From positions 69,564,001 through 69,628,000 of the forward strand of contig OZ024747.1 in the NCBI GenBank assembly GCA_964016885.1: 64,000 nucleotides of DNA, in the 5' to 3' direction. This DNA comes from Eledone cirrhosa (taxonomy: Eukaryota). A program made the position numbers and the translations under genes. A model generated the notes under the pieces. That model made no database searches. It was not told where the DNA came from and saw only the letters and a list, made by a program, of their open reading frames with translations. Shown piece by piece: positions 39,053 to 52,300 of this stretch (position 1 is its first letter; every line of letters starts with the position of its first letter).

Positions 39053-41921
39053 CTAAGACTTGATCAAGAGTAAATATAGCTTTGTATGTTAATGTTTTAA
39101 CTGAAGCAACTGTTCAGTGAATGTGCTGACTTGCAAGAGAGCTACATTTATTGCCTTACTATTGTTTTCATTACCATTGTTGTTATTTTCTGTAGTTTTT
39201 TGTTGTATATATCAGTCCTATTTTCCTGTTTCACTGCTGTAATGCACCATGGCATTACTGGTGTTACCAGTACACATTTATTACATTTAATCTACACACT
39301 TATTACATTTAATGGCATACATTCATGATAGACAACAGCTTTAGCATCACTGCTAGCACAGCTGTCATGGACCCCACACATTGTCCTCCTCTTCAAACAT
39401 CAATTATGTTGACATCTTACATAAATATATTTCTTTGTTGGGTGCATCTGAAAGGTAAAAATAACTATATCTCTCATAATTAGGTTAGACAGAGTTTTTA
39501 AGCCCTCATTTTCATAGAAATATCTTAAAACAGTTTCAATGATAAACATTTTTATCATTGAAACTAAGTTTACAAATTACACTATAAAATTATGGAGTAG
39601 TGATGTTTATGGTTAAGAAAGCTCAGCTATAGTAGTAATAAATCCTTTTTGTTACAATTGAGACAGATGAGAGGTCATTAAAATGATAAATTACAAAGAC
39701 TGCAAGGTTTTAAGATTATTGTGAAAAGGCTGACATGGTAAACAACAACATACAAAAGGAATTAAATGAGAGATCCCAAAAGAAGGACAGTTACTTAAAA
39801 TCAACCATGGAACCCCATAAGCTCTAGAATTTCCCTGTCAACAAAGGGTAAATGCCTTCTCAAAGTTGTGTTATCCATTCAACAAGTGCAAATCACATGG
39901 ACCAGTCTTGAACCCCCCCCCCCCCACACACACACACTTTTCTGCTAATTCGGTGGAGAGCAGCAGATCTTTCTCTATCTCTCTATATCTCTCTCTACCT
40001 TTACCATCCTCTGCAAGTGACACTGGCAGTTGATTCAGCTTGGCTGAACATGAAGGTGTCTGTCTTCAGTCCTTTCAAGTCTGTCCACAATTCTACCTCT
40101 TTGTCATAACCCTCAGATATGCACTTATGATGATAATTGTTGAAAATATCTCTATCATAGCAATGGAAACAAAAATGCACCCCATAAACAAACATTTCTG
40201 TCAAGACTCTACATAGGGGATATGCAAACATATTTAGACAATGATGACAAAGAATCATAGAACAGTTCTGATTTTCAAAGTTAAATCATTGCATTCTAAT
40301 AGGAGAGCTATTGTATGGGTGAAGGGGAACAATATAAATAATAGCTATGTTGAAGAGCTAACTACAAAAAATAGATGACTTGTTTTCTACAGTGGTCTCT
40401 GTATTCATTTTAAGCAAGCAATAACATACTTTTAGCTTGTAGCATCACAATGATGGTTCAAATTATAATTAGTGACACAATCTTCCTATAGTTCCTATAA
40501 TACTTCTCATACCATAGGGATGGTACTGGAATCTGTGTATGGAAACTGAGTAGTGAAATCAAATTTGACTACACCTGCTTCAAGTATTAATATGTGGGGA
40601 TGTGGTTGTATGTTTTGACACATATAGAACATATATGGTGTTGAAGCTGGATACTAAGTAAAAATGATGTTGATTTACTAGCTTGCTGGTTTTGCTAAGA
40701 AAATGAATGACAAGCACATGATAAGGAAATGTTACCCCCCATTAAGAGGAAAGCATGTCAACATGTTGAATAATTACACTTTAGCCATGAAAAACACCAG
40801 AGAATTCCATTTAGTCATTGCTAATACACTAAAGGTTCACAATCATATTTGCTGCATTCTTGATATAATTAATGTAATATTATGCTTTGCCAATATTTCT
40901 TGGAATAGCTAAGCAAATACTTTTCTGAATCACAAAACCTCTAGAGCCATTGTTTATCTCTAGTTTCAGTAATGCTAAATAGATGAGAGACGAAATATCT
41001 CATGGATAGAAATACTGGTCTATTGCATGTAGCTTTCACCTGTCAGATAAATTGAACTCAACAGGGCTACTGGCTATTGAAGTATTTGTCAACTCTTTCA
41101 TATTTTTGCTATTTACAGAAATATATTGTATTAGCTACTCAGAACTTGGTGAATTTACAAGCGATGTGTCATGGGTTTGGACATGAAAATGCTGGAGTTA
41201 GAATATGAACCAAAAAACCATTGATTGGTTTGCCAGCACACTACTCTTAAACTGGTCATCGATACTTTTATTCCTTAGCAACATTGTTCATTATGATGGT
41301 GATACTTGGTTCCAGGTTAATGAACAATAGTGACCCGTGATCAAAATTGTTTGACCCATGACCATCTCAACTGTTTAATTATTTACAGGATTACATTTTT
41401 TTCTATATATATTTAATTTGATAAGATATGATTTGAGAGCAATTTGCCTGTCATTTATCAAAGGTTTTGCAATCATGTACAACTTATTTGCTACAGGGTA
41501 AGTTTGTGAAATAGTCAGGATATATTCTTTTACATTTTTACTGGTTTCTGTCATTAACCTTTTGCCATTAACCTTTTGTTAATCATTTTGAGCTCAGTAT
41601 ATATTTTGTTTAGTCTAAGACTTATTTTACCACTCTCTTTACTGTTGAACCACTAAGTTATATGACATAATAATGAATATGGTGAGCAATGAAAAAAACA
41701 GGCTTCTGACTTTCGTTTATATCTGAGTAACATGATGATACTAATAATGAACTTACTTATAGCACATCTATTAATATAAAAACTACTTAATATTATTATA
41801 GGTTTTAAACTGTCTATTTTTCTCTCTCCATAATGAACAAAATGCTACGATCGTACTATTGTTTATCGTATGCTTGCACGAAAAAACCATGGCCCTGTGC
41901 CTCATAAGCCTAAAAAAGTAC

Positions 41922-42005
41922 TATTGGGTTGCCAAGTATGAAATTTATAGTAATTTGTAGAAAAAAAAGCAAATTTCCACAAATTTCATACTTGACGACC
42001 TAATA
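41922..42005. mobile_element. 84-bp mariner-derived MITE (MADE1-like architecture)
   Basis: TA-TTGGGTTGCCAAGTATGAAATTT ... AAATTTCATACTTGACGACCTAA-TA. Confidence 0.75.
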
Positions 42006-44502
42006 CTTCACTGTAATTACCACTCTCTACCTGTATTCACTTAGCCTGCTTTCTTTCAATGCTTGCCTATATTCATTACTTGCTAATGTACTTGATATGT
42101 GTTTGTGTTGAATTCAATCCTTCTAAGTGATCCTGATGATCTGCAGGGGTGTTTCTATAATATGTGGATAATTAGTAATAACTGATTAAATCATTTTTTG
42201 CATATATATATGCAAGCTTCTCACCTGTATAGAAACGATTGTAGAGATTAAAGTTGGATTTAATTTTAAAATCTTGGTTTTCTTCAATTCAAATATTTAT
42301 GCTCATTTGCTCTAACCATCTTTAATAGCAAGAACTTTAACCTTCAGTAGACTATTTCGATAGTTTCGAATCCCTACTTGCTGAAGCATGCTTTCAGCTT
42401 TTCACACCTTACAAAAACTAATAGTGAAATAATTACACACACACTCATCCATGACTACATTGTTATCTTCCATATTACCTGGTGTCGAAGAGGCTACTTT
42501 TTTTCCTAAAATACATCTCAAAAATCTACCATGCGTCCTGGAGGCCGAAGGTTGTTCATTATTTTTTTTCAAATTTTTGGTTGTCACAATTAGGCTCCTC
42601 GAGGAAAAAGCATCTTCGGCATCGAGAGATATGGTAATATGTCCTTATAATGGAAGGATGTAATTTGAGAAAATCTGGCTGTTACTTTCATTAAGTCTTT
42701 GATGCTGGTGTCTTAGAATGGAAAGAACAGACAATAAATAGAATATTTTATTAAACAGAATGGTAAACTATCTGATATTTGGACCAAACAGTTGCTCATC
42801 ATTGACTCTTTAGTCCTGAATGGAAAAAATACTGACATTTTCAGTTTTCTGAAACATACAAGTTAATACTTGTCGTATGTGATTCTGAAAAGAATATAAA
42901 TATGGTTAAAATAAAGATATTATGTTTAAATTTAATTAATATGGCAAAATATATGAGAGAAAGAGGGAAAGGAGGAGAGAGAGAAGGTAATAATAGAAAG
43001 GGAAAGAAGAGAATTTAAGAAAATTGCAATGATTTGCATATGACACAAGAGTTAGTGATACAAGTAAGGTATAGATTCATTGTGAGATAACAGGCGAGTT
43101 TGGGGGAAGAATAAATAAATTAAATTATGGTGGTAGATGTTTAAATAGGATCTGAAAACCTTACATTTTCATATGGAAAAAAAACTTAATGAAGAAGAAC
43201 AGAGACAACTGGTGTTTGGTGATGTTTTACCAAGGAAAAGTAATTTCTCTGAAGATTATGATGGTGATTGTGATGATTTCGACCATTAATGATATAATGA
43301 TGCACATAATGACAACAATGATTAGAATGCTGATAAGGAAAATGATAAGAATAAGGGTTATGATGATTCTGAAGATGGTGATGCTGAGGAGGATAATTAT
43401 TTGAGGAGGAAGATCATGATGTTGAAAATGATAATTATGACAACAACGATGTTGGTGGTGATGATGATGATGAGGAGGATAAGGATGATGATGAGGAGGG
43501 GGCAATTTATCACAGTCAAACGTGCCCTTTTGATTCCTTTTGTATTTCCAGAAAAGAAATTGTTTTCCTAGGTTTATTTTTAAGGATAGCAACTTTTTAT
43601 CATCTGGAATTATTCAGTGATTTTCTTGGATCTATCTGATTATAAAATGAATATCAATAGCATTAGGCTTCAGAAGAATGTACTGTTGCCATGCAAGCTG
43701 TTACCATGTTTTCTCTCTTTGTTTTCACCCCTTTCCACCCTCCGTAAAGCTTACTGAACTTTCTCCATCATAAAACAGCTTCTTTGACCAATGTAAAATA
43801 TAGCCATATCTCTCCAATGAACAGAGCTAATCATGTACATAAGAAAACCCAACAGCAATATCATCACCCCCACTATCACCACCACAAATACCTTCATGAT
43901 CACCATTACAAGTATCACCACCACAAACACCATCAGAAATATCATTGCCACTGTCATCACCTTAACCCCATGTCCTACCTTCACCAACACCACCATCAGC
44001 ATTTCCAGCAGTATTATCACCATATCTTGCAACACCACCACCACCACCACCAATATCATCATTGGAAATAATAATAATACAGTTTTATTAAGGATCAAAC
44101 ATGTGTGCAATAACATTTGGAATGGCTACCATTAATGTATAACCAGTGAGTTGGTTAACTGATTCTTCTATGTCTAGATGCATCTAAAGTATTAACTTTG
44201 AGTAAAATGATAAAACAATGCTGAAAATATTTCTTGATTAGATTTCTTACTGCTCATAGGAGTATCAATGGTCAAAAGTATATTTGGGGAATCATCACCA
44301 TCATTGTCATGATGGTGATGATGACGATGATGATGATGATCATCATCATCTGCAGTAGCAGCAGCAAGCTTTATTCTGACTAGCTTGATATCACAGACAT
44401 CATCCAGGTTTACTTCCAATTTTTGATGTTTGTGTGTGTGTGGAGATGATGGCTACATATCAGTATATTAGCCTTTTATCCTGTGACTCTTCAGTGAAGA
44501 TA

Positions 44503-44505
<3 letters not shown>

Positions 44506-44553
<48 letters not shown>
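44506..44553. repeat. (TG)n microsatellite
   Basis: Direct reading. Confidence 0.95.
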
Positions 44554-44554
<1 letters not shown>

Positions 44555-44711
44555 TTCAGAGAAGATTTATGAAGGAAACACTGAAATGAAAAGGTAATAA
44601 TGAACTGAAATAATTGAAAAAGAAATCTTTCCCAGGATTCTTTCATTATTTTTATATATATATATATATGTATAAAAGAAGAAATTAAAAGATGGTTAAA
44701 GAAGTTCCATA

Positions 44712-44781
44712 TATTTTATTATGCACATTTCGAAAACAACATCATCCTGGGACAAAAATTGTGTTCTCATCAGATAAAATA
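44712..44781 (-). ncRNA. Minimal type-I hammerhead ribozyme (antisense copy)
   Basis: TATTTTAT-CTGATGA-stem II-GAAA-TGTGCA-TA-ATAAAATA on the minus strand. Confidence 0.6.
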
Positions 44782-44853
44782 AGGTAACATGATATGAGGC
44801 CTAAAAACACTTGTCAACAGGAAAGTGTTTTTAGGCCTCATATCATGTTACCT

Positions 44854-44923
44854 TATTTTATCTGATGAGAACACAATTTTTGTCCCAGGATGATGTTGTT
44901 TTCGAAATGCGTATAATAAAATA
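44854..44923 (+). ncRNA. Minimal type-I hammerhead ribozyme
   Basis: Stem I TATTTTAT/ATAAAATA (8 bp); core CTGATGA 44862-44868; stem II GAACACAA/TTGTTTTC; GAAA 44904-44907; near-palindromic stem III ATGCGTAT; predicted AUA cleavage after 44915. Confidence 0.65.
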
Positions 44924-45567
44924 TATGGAACTTCTTTAACCATCTTTTAATTTCTTCTTTAATATATACTCCAGTTCTACCAACTGTTGAGTGCTACTTA
45001 TCTGATATGTGCATAGTTTTATTGTTCTACAATATTACTCACCTTCTACATATATAATATATATGAGAAAGAGAGAGAGAGACACTCCACATGCATGCAC
45101 ATACACACACACATGTTTTGAATGTTCATTTTTATTTCCTATCTACATTTGATATTTTAAGAACAAGAAAGAAAGAGTGTGTGTGTGTTTGTGTGTCTGT
45201 TTGTTTGTGTGTGTGTTTGTGTGTGCTTCAGTTGTATAATGTCCTCTTTCCACCATAAGTACATAAAAATCAAATACAATACATCCAGGCTGCTGTTATT
45301 ACAATACTGTTTAGCCTGACTTATTGCACAACGTACCATTGAAAAGGTGTGAACATCTGCCAATCTACAAAATATGTTTAGGGTGTGCTAAATCTATTTT
45401 GTTGCTTCTAATCTATACATTTACTAAATATGCAACATGCCATATTTTCGCTTGAGAAGTTGTGGTTAAGAATCATACAGTAGTTTCAATAACCACAGCA
45501 TCAAAAATAGTTACTACATTAATAGTAACAATAACAAGAACAGCAACTATAACAAAACAATAACAAT

Positions 45568-45740
45568 GAAGGCATGGAATCTAGTTATTATGGTGTTGGA
45601 CATACAATAGTAATGTTGTGGGTTCAATTCTTGAACTGGGTGGCACATTGTGTTCTTCAGCAAAATGGTTTACTTCATGTTGTTCTAGTCAATTCAGTTG
45701 AAAATGAATACCAACTAATGGGTTAACCCTGTGATGGGTT
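45568..45740 (+). mobile_element. Degenerate SINE family B
   Basis: GAAGGCATGG..GGGTTCAATTC..TGTGTTCTTCAGCAAAA. Confidence 0.6.
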
Positions 45741-45899
45741 ACAGTATACTGAAGTATTTTGGTTTGTGACAGCTGATACTTTTCACTTACAATGTACATA
45801 TATCTATCTCCATATATATATATAGAGAGAGAGGAGCAGTGGCAGTTCTGAGAGGTAATCTAACTGAAGGCCACAAATGAGATATGTGGCTGGAGCAGA

Positions 45900-46645
45900 G
45901 GCCCAGAGAGTGGGAGAGTGACTTGATGGTGGAATAGTAGGGTGGATGAAACAAAGCTAAAAGACAGGTATAGAAAGAAAAGGCAAAATGGGGGAAGCAG
46001 AGAACTTTACCAAGAAACCAGGAGAGAGGCTAGGCAACATGTATACTCTGCAAGGTGGTAAACAGAAAATAAAGCGTTTATGCATGTTATACAATGTTAG
46101 GGATCATGAGGCAGTGTGTCGGGGAAAATTGTGATGTTGTTGGGGAGAAGTGTATTCGAGATGACAATGGTGCACTAATGCCAAAAAGAAGGCAGCATGA
46201 AAAAGTCACTATGAAAGACTGATGAATGAAGAGAAAGAAGGCTTGCGAGAAAGATAGCCTGCTTCAAATAGACTCAACAGAGTGACGAGCTTTACAAGTC
46301 AGCAGCAGCTAAGTAAGTAAGGCAATTAAGGATATAAAGACAAGCAAAGAAGCGAAGCCATCAAGAATTGTTGCTGAGATGCTAAAAAGAAACTGGGTCA
46401 TTGGAAATTGTTACTGGAATGAAAGCATAACCTGGAATCAAAAGGTCTTAAAGTCAACTTGACAAAGACCAAAGTTCTAGTATATATTAAGGAAAACAAA
46501 TCCCTGATCCCTTCTGAGATATGGCCCTACTCAGTGTGTAGGAAAATGGTGGGTACAAATTCCATCCTCTGTCCCAAATGCAAATTATGGGCACACAAGA
46601 GATGTAGCACGATTTCAGGTAGGCTAGCAATGAATGTGGGTGTTA
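45900..46645 (+). mobile_element. Old, internally deleted copy of the PHD-containing RTE
   Basis: 46120-46390 resembles 32298-32570; 46430-46640 encodes [35 protein letters not shown]. Confidence 0.8.
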
Positions 46646-49548
46646 AATATGTTTGATAATGATTTTGAAAGATATGGAAGAAAATTAACAATTGATTTAG
46701 AGGAATGTAAAATAAAATAAAGCAATGGCTATAATAGCAGGTAAAACTCAATGATTCAAGAATTGTATATGCAACACACAAATGTAGTCAGGTAACTGGA
46801 GGGAAAATGCTTCTTTCTCATCATGCAACTTTTGCATCCTTTTGTAATTTGACCTTTGACCCATTCAGTTCCCTATGCTTTGTCTCTTCTTTGTCTCATC
46901 GTTATTAGTTCCAGGGCCAATTTTTAAAACTAACTTGTATTCTTTCTATTTCTATATATATAGTAGTGAAATGGCAAAGTCATTAAAATTGTTCCAGTTC
47001 TCTAAGCCCTTAAATCAACCTTACATTTCAACCTTTCAGACTCAATAAACCAAGAACCAATCCAAGGGTGATGGATTAGTGGAATTGTGAAAGATTCAAA
47101 CAAAATGCTTTGTGATATCTGATCTGGTTGTGTGTATTTCGAGGGCAAATTACACCTACTAGGAGTTACCACTGGCAGACCATCAACTAAGGAAATCAAT
47201 TATAACTCCCATGCTTCATCTATTGAGAAATTTTAAAATTAGGTGTTTATGATTTCCTACCACAGCCATGGTCTTTATGAACACTGCTAAACATGTGATC
47301 AATATACTACTGGTATGACAATTCTGATTCTGGTGATGGAGCTATGAAGGTAATACATACATAGATTTAGAAACCCAATTGTATTGAACTAAGCGTAAAA
47401 AACTGATAAGGAAATATGAAAATCCTTAACCTAAATGATTAAATTGAAGCACAGTCTTCTTTTCAATATAAGATGTTAGAAAAAAGGGTGTTCTCTACTT
47501 ATACAAATATCTACTTAATGATGTCACTTGCTTTTGCGTTTTTTAGGACCTGATTTGACAATTAACAAAAGTTTCATTGGCTAATTTTAATATGATGTCA
47601 GTTGCTTTTGTGGATGACAAACAGTGTCATCCATAAATGAATAAAAAGTTTGATATTTTGATGGAGAAATTACCAGCTACTAACTGATTAAATTAGTTAA
47701 TTTCCTACATAATATATTGGTCATTCACTAAAAGATGGTCATATAGATATATATTAAACTATAAACATTTATATATTTATGGAGTAAACAGATCAATAAA
47801 AAAAAAAGAGGAGACACAAAGAAGAAGTAATGTCATTTGAGAGGTCACAGAAGGTGTGCCAAAAGAGCTTTGACGAACTAAGTAATAATTAATAATAAAG
47901 CTGAAGTGGAAATCAAATAGTGCTTGTGTTTTTGTAGGCAGGACTGGCAAAATGATCACCCCCAAATATAACAACATTTATATAATTATAGATAAGTTTA
48001 AAAGCCTTACAATGCATTGAAAAATTAAAGGTGCCAAGATAGCAATAGAATTTTACCTTAGCAAATTTAATTATCCCATTATCAGGAGTTTAAAAACCCA
48101 TTATCAGGAGAGGATCCATGTGAAGGTCTTAAAGGACAAGTTGGAGATGAGTTGTTGTTTCATTACCGCTAAAACTGTATCAACAACAGCCACTGCTCTT
48201 GCTAATATGTGTGTTTTTTTACATATGATACTAAAAACATGAAAACAGGCGTTTTTGCTTTGAAAGTAAACATTGTGTTTTGCCCATATTCCACTCAGAT
48301 GAATGCAAGCTGTATTTTTAAAGTATATTTATCAACCAAATTATTATGTGCTACTGATAATTAAATTTCTTTGTGTTTGCAAATATTTTTGTTTATATAT
48401 TATCACACTCCTGTTCTAATTTAATTGTTTGGGTAATAAATAATGTTGAGCTTACAGCTATGATTCAGGAAGCTTCAGCATTGATTAAATTATACACACA
48501 ATATTTTTCTCTGCTTTTAAATACAAACATCCACAAATTAGCTTGTATATATATATACACACACACATATATGCATACAGTCACACACATATATATATAT
48601 GCATACAGTCACACAGACACACACCACTTGTTATACAAGCTTCAACAATCAATTTCTGTTTTGATGGTTGTTCTATCTGCACTTGGATCCAGAGGATGAA
48701 GTTAACAATTTCAGAAAATATTTTCTTCCCTAAGGTTGTCATAAATCTAATCTTGGCATTCTAACACTGATGATGCAGACTATATCTCCTATTATCCTTT
48801 GCTATATTAATATATGTTTACTAGCATGGAAGTGATTTAGAAGAATTGCTAGAATTATAAACAAAAATGTATTGTGGTATTTAGATAAATCATATTGTAT
48901 TCTGCATTGAAATGTGGCTATGATGAACTTTGCCCTTTGCCCTTACAGGGTCAATAAAAATACGAAGCTGTAATATACAGTGGTGATCTTCAACAATTTT
49001 TAGCAGTGAACCAAATTTGGAATTCAGTATTATATTACTGTTTCATAATAATATGATTTTACTTTATATATTATTACAATAGAGATGAAAAAATACCTGG
49101 GAAGAACAAAAATGGTAATTTTTTTCTCTTCTGTTGACTAATAAAGCTAATTCCTGTTATATTTGATAATTAAGTAACCATCTGGTTACTAAATTAATCA
49201 AGGAATTTATTAGGTACCAATCTAATAATAAAAGTAAAGTGAAATTTAACTGGTGCATGTATTTGTATTGAAAGCATGACCCTTCCAAAGTCTTGGATTT
49301 TTAGCTTCAAGTGAGCGATCATAGAGCTGTATGATCATTATATTATATATAAATCTCATTATATATATATAATGGACTGACTATCAATGTTGATGTGTTC
49401 TTATACCTCCAAGCATTTTTTTTAAAAGAATAAATGTATCATGAATGTGTAGCCTTACTTTGCTGTCGTATGAATTGGACATTCCTCCCAGCAACATCTT
49501 TAAAGACAATTTTTCTCTGATGAGTCTTAAAGATGCATCTCTACTGTA

Positions 49549-49595
<47 letters not shown>

Positions 49596-49675
49596 TACTT
49601 ACTGTATTATAAATATATTTGGAGACAAAACACTGTAACAATTAAATCTTGTTTTTAAATGTCTTGCTTTCTCCT

Positions 49676-49730
<55 letters not shown>

Positions 49731-49755
49731 TCCACAACAGTTAGTTCACCATCCT

Positions 49756-49794
49756 GAGAACAATTGTTTCACCTTTTATTCGGATCATCAGCTC
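49756..49794 (-). ncRNA. Minimal hammerhead ribozyme-like motif
   Basis: Minus strand GAG-CTGATGA-TCC gaataaaa GGT-GAAAC-AATT-GTT-CTC; perfect palindrome ACAATTGT at stem III; adjacent to (TA)n. Confidence 0.55.
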
Positions 49795-50091
49795 GGTCTA
49801 AATGAAGTTGTACGGAAAAGGAAAAACAACTGTACATACACATTTACACAAGGCTTGTATATGTGTATGTTTGTATATTTTCTTTTGAGAAGGTGATTAT
49901 TTAGATGCACGAAGAGAAACTGTTCCAGATATGGCAAAGCTATATTATAAAGTTATTGTAAAATGGTGATGAGTGGCAGGATGAGGATGATGTTAATGGG
50001 GATTATGATGACAGAAATAATATAGTATAAATAGATGTGAGAATGATGATGATAAGCATTGTGTAGAGAATATGCACATTGCAAAATAAGA

Positions 50092-50258
50092 ACATCATCA
50101 TCATCATCATCATCATCATCATTTTACATCAGCTTTTCCCTGCTTGCAAGGGTTGGACGGGTCCTATTCAGCACAGCATCTCTCCACTTGTTACAGTCCT
50201 TCATCATCTCCTCAGTGAGTTCCAGCAATCTGAGGTCTGCTCTCACTACCTCCGCCTA
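50092..50258 (-). mobile_element. RTE 3' end (another subfamily) with (GAT)n tail
   Basis: Minus strand AEVVRADLRLLELTEEMMKDCNKWRDAVLNRTRPT followed by (GAT)n. Confidence 0.75.
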
Positions 50259-51957
50259 TGTAAAGAAAAAATAAAAGGAGTTAATCATCAGATGTAACCA
50301 AGGATTAATGTTTCTATTGGTCCCTCTATTGCTGATACTATCTGCTAGGAGTTGCAACTGTCAGAATGAGTATCATGAAATAAATTATTTTGCTCCAGAA
50401 CACAATGGAAGACTCAGCCAAAGATTTGAAACTCCAACATTATGATCGTGAATCAACCTAGGAATAAACATGAAAGAAGAAGGTCATAGAACTAGGTAGA
50501 TTGACAACTATATCTAATACCTTATTGTTTAGTCACAGGTTAACCCCATAGTTTTAAAGTCTTGTCTTGGTTTGAATTATCTAATATGTACTTTCCTTAT
50601 TTAAGAGGAATGGTGGGATAAGAAATTTTGCTGATATATCTGGCAGGTAAAGCAATAGTGTAAAACATCTCTCATTGTCTTACTATCTAATAAGTAAAAT
50701 ATATATGTTGTATGCTTACTCTACTCATATATCATTGTGAAATTATCTGTATATTAATTAATGTCACAAGACATTTGTAAATGCAAACATAAAAATTGTA
50801 AGCAATTGTCCAGGTATAGGATACCATAGATACGTGTTTGTATGAGAAATACTAATAGTTAGATGGCATGTTTTTCTTTTCTACTTGAAATATGGTAAAC
50901 AGCAAGCAACAAGTTCTACAAAGGCTAAGTTGGTTGACATTTCATAAGATTTCTTAGGTTATTTAAACCAAGAATTAAACATGGTTATACATTGTTCCAT
51001 TTCTTTTCTTTTTTTTTTAGACTTAGATATATATTTTTGCATACATATTTGCAAACAATCAAAGAAAACTGATAGCTGAATATCAATACAAAAGGTCAAA
51101 TTGCTAAAGAAACTCATGAAGATAAAAATGGAAATATATGTTTAAAATACCAACATGTTTTAGTGATAAAGAGGTTAAGTATAAAAGTGTTTAAAAGCGT
51201 AAATATCATTTAACTGCTATCAAAAATACTACCTTAGTTCCTTTGTACTAATTTGGAAGAAAAGTAGATGTCAAATAAATTCTGGTACACATGTTAAAAG
51301 AAATGATATGCCAAAACTTCAAATATCTATTTTCTAAGTTATGCTGCAAGGAGGATAGGCAGAAAACATCAAATTATGAATTTATAAATTGTTATAAAAA
51401 ATGTTTATGGAAAAAAACACAAACACACACACACACAGACACACAGACACAGACACAGATACAGACACACACACACACACACACACAGTTTCTTATTGTT
51501 GGAAATATGTTGGTTCCAACATTGAGTGATTTGATCAATAGAAAAGCATGCTCCCAAGCACTCTACAACCATACGTAAACTTATAATTCTCAGGGAGATT
51601 CAGCATGACTTTGAATTACAGGTACAAAATAGTGTCATCCACAAATACACTTTATGTGCTGTCAGGTAAATAAACTCATGACCTTATGATCATGAATTGA
51701 AAAACCTAACCACTATGACATACACAAAAACATACATAAACAAACAAATAGAGGATCGAGTAAAAATGTAGAATTGTAATCATTTATCTATATTTATATA
51801 ATTTTTATTTTAGTGAAAGCTAGATTTTAGCTAATGTCATATCATCAGGGATGTAAAAATGTGTGAAATGTCAGATAACACCAGAAACTACAAGATCAAA
51901 CTCAGCAAGTATCATAGAATAAGTTTCGAGTATCAAAATAAAACAGTCTGGTATTTA

Positions 51958-51969
51958 GGTGTGTGTTTG

Positions 51970-52002
<33 letters not shown>

Positions 52003-52300
52003 ACATGTATATATATATATACACACACATATATATATTTTTATACACACACACACACACACACAAATGTTCACACACATATATGGATACACACAGACAC
52101 ACACACACATATATATACACACACATATACATACACATACACACCTATACACATACAGACATATATATACATACACATATACATATATATATATATATAC
52201 ACATACACACGTATATACACATACACACATATATACACATACACACATATATACAGATACACACACATATATATATACACATATACACATACATATACAG
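51958..52300. repeat. Compound (TA)n/(CA)n microsatellite
   Basis: Direct reading. Confidence 0.95.

Larger units (their letters stand above)
44675..45050. mobile_element. Foldback mini-element (138-bp arms, 10-nt spacer, ~90-bp extension), probable PLE pseudo-LTR remnant
   Basis: Arms 44675-44812 and 44823-44960 differ at about two positions; TTGAGTGCT in the extension; (TA)n flanks. Confidence 0.85.

Noticed and set aside
49495-49535. CTGATGAGTC..GAT hammerhead-like start
   Set aside because: No GAAA, stem III or stem I partner follows; too incomplete to call
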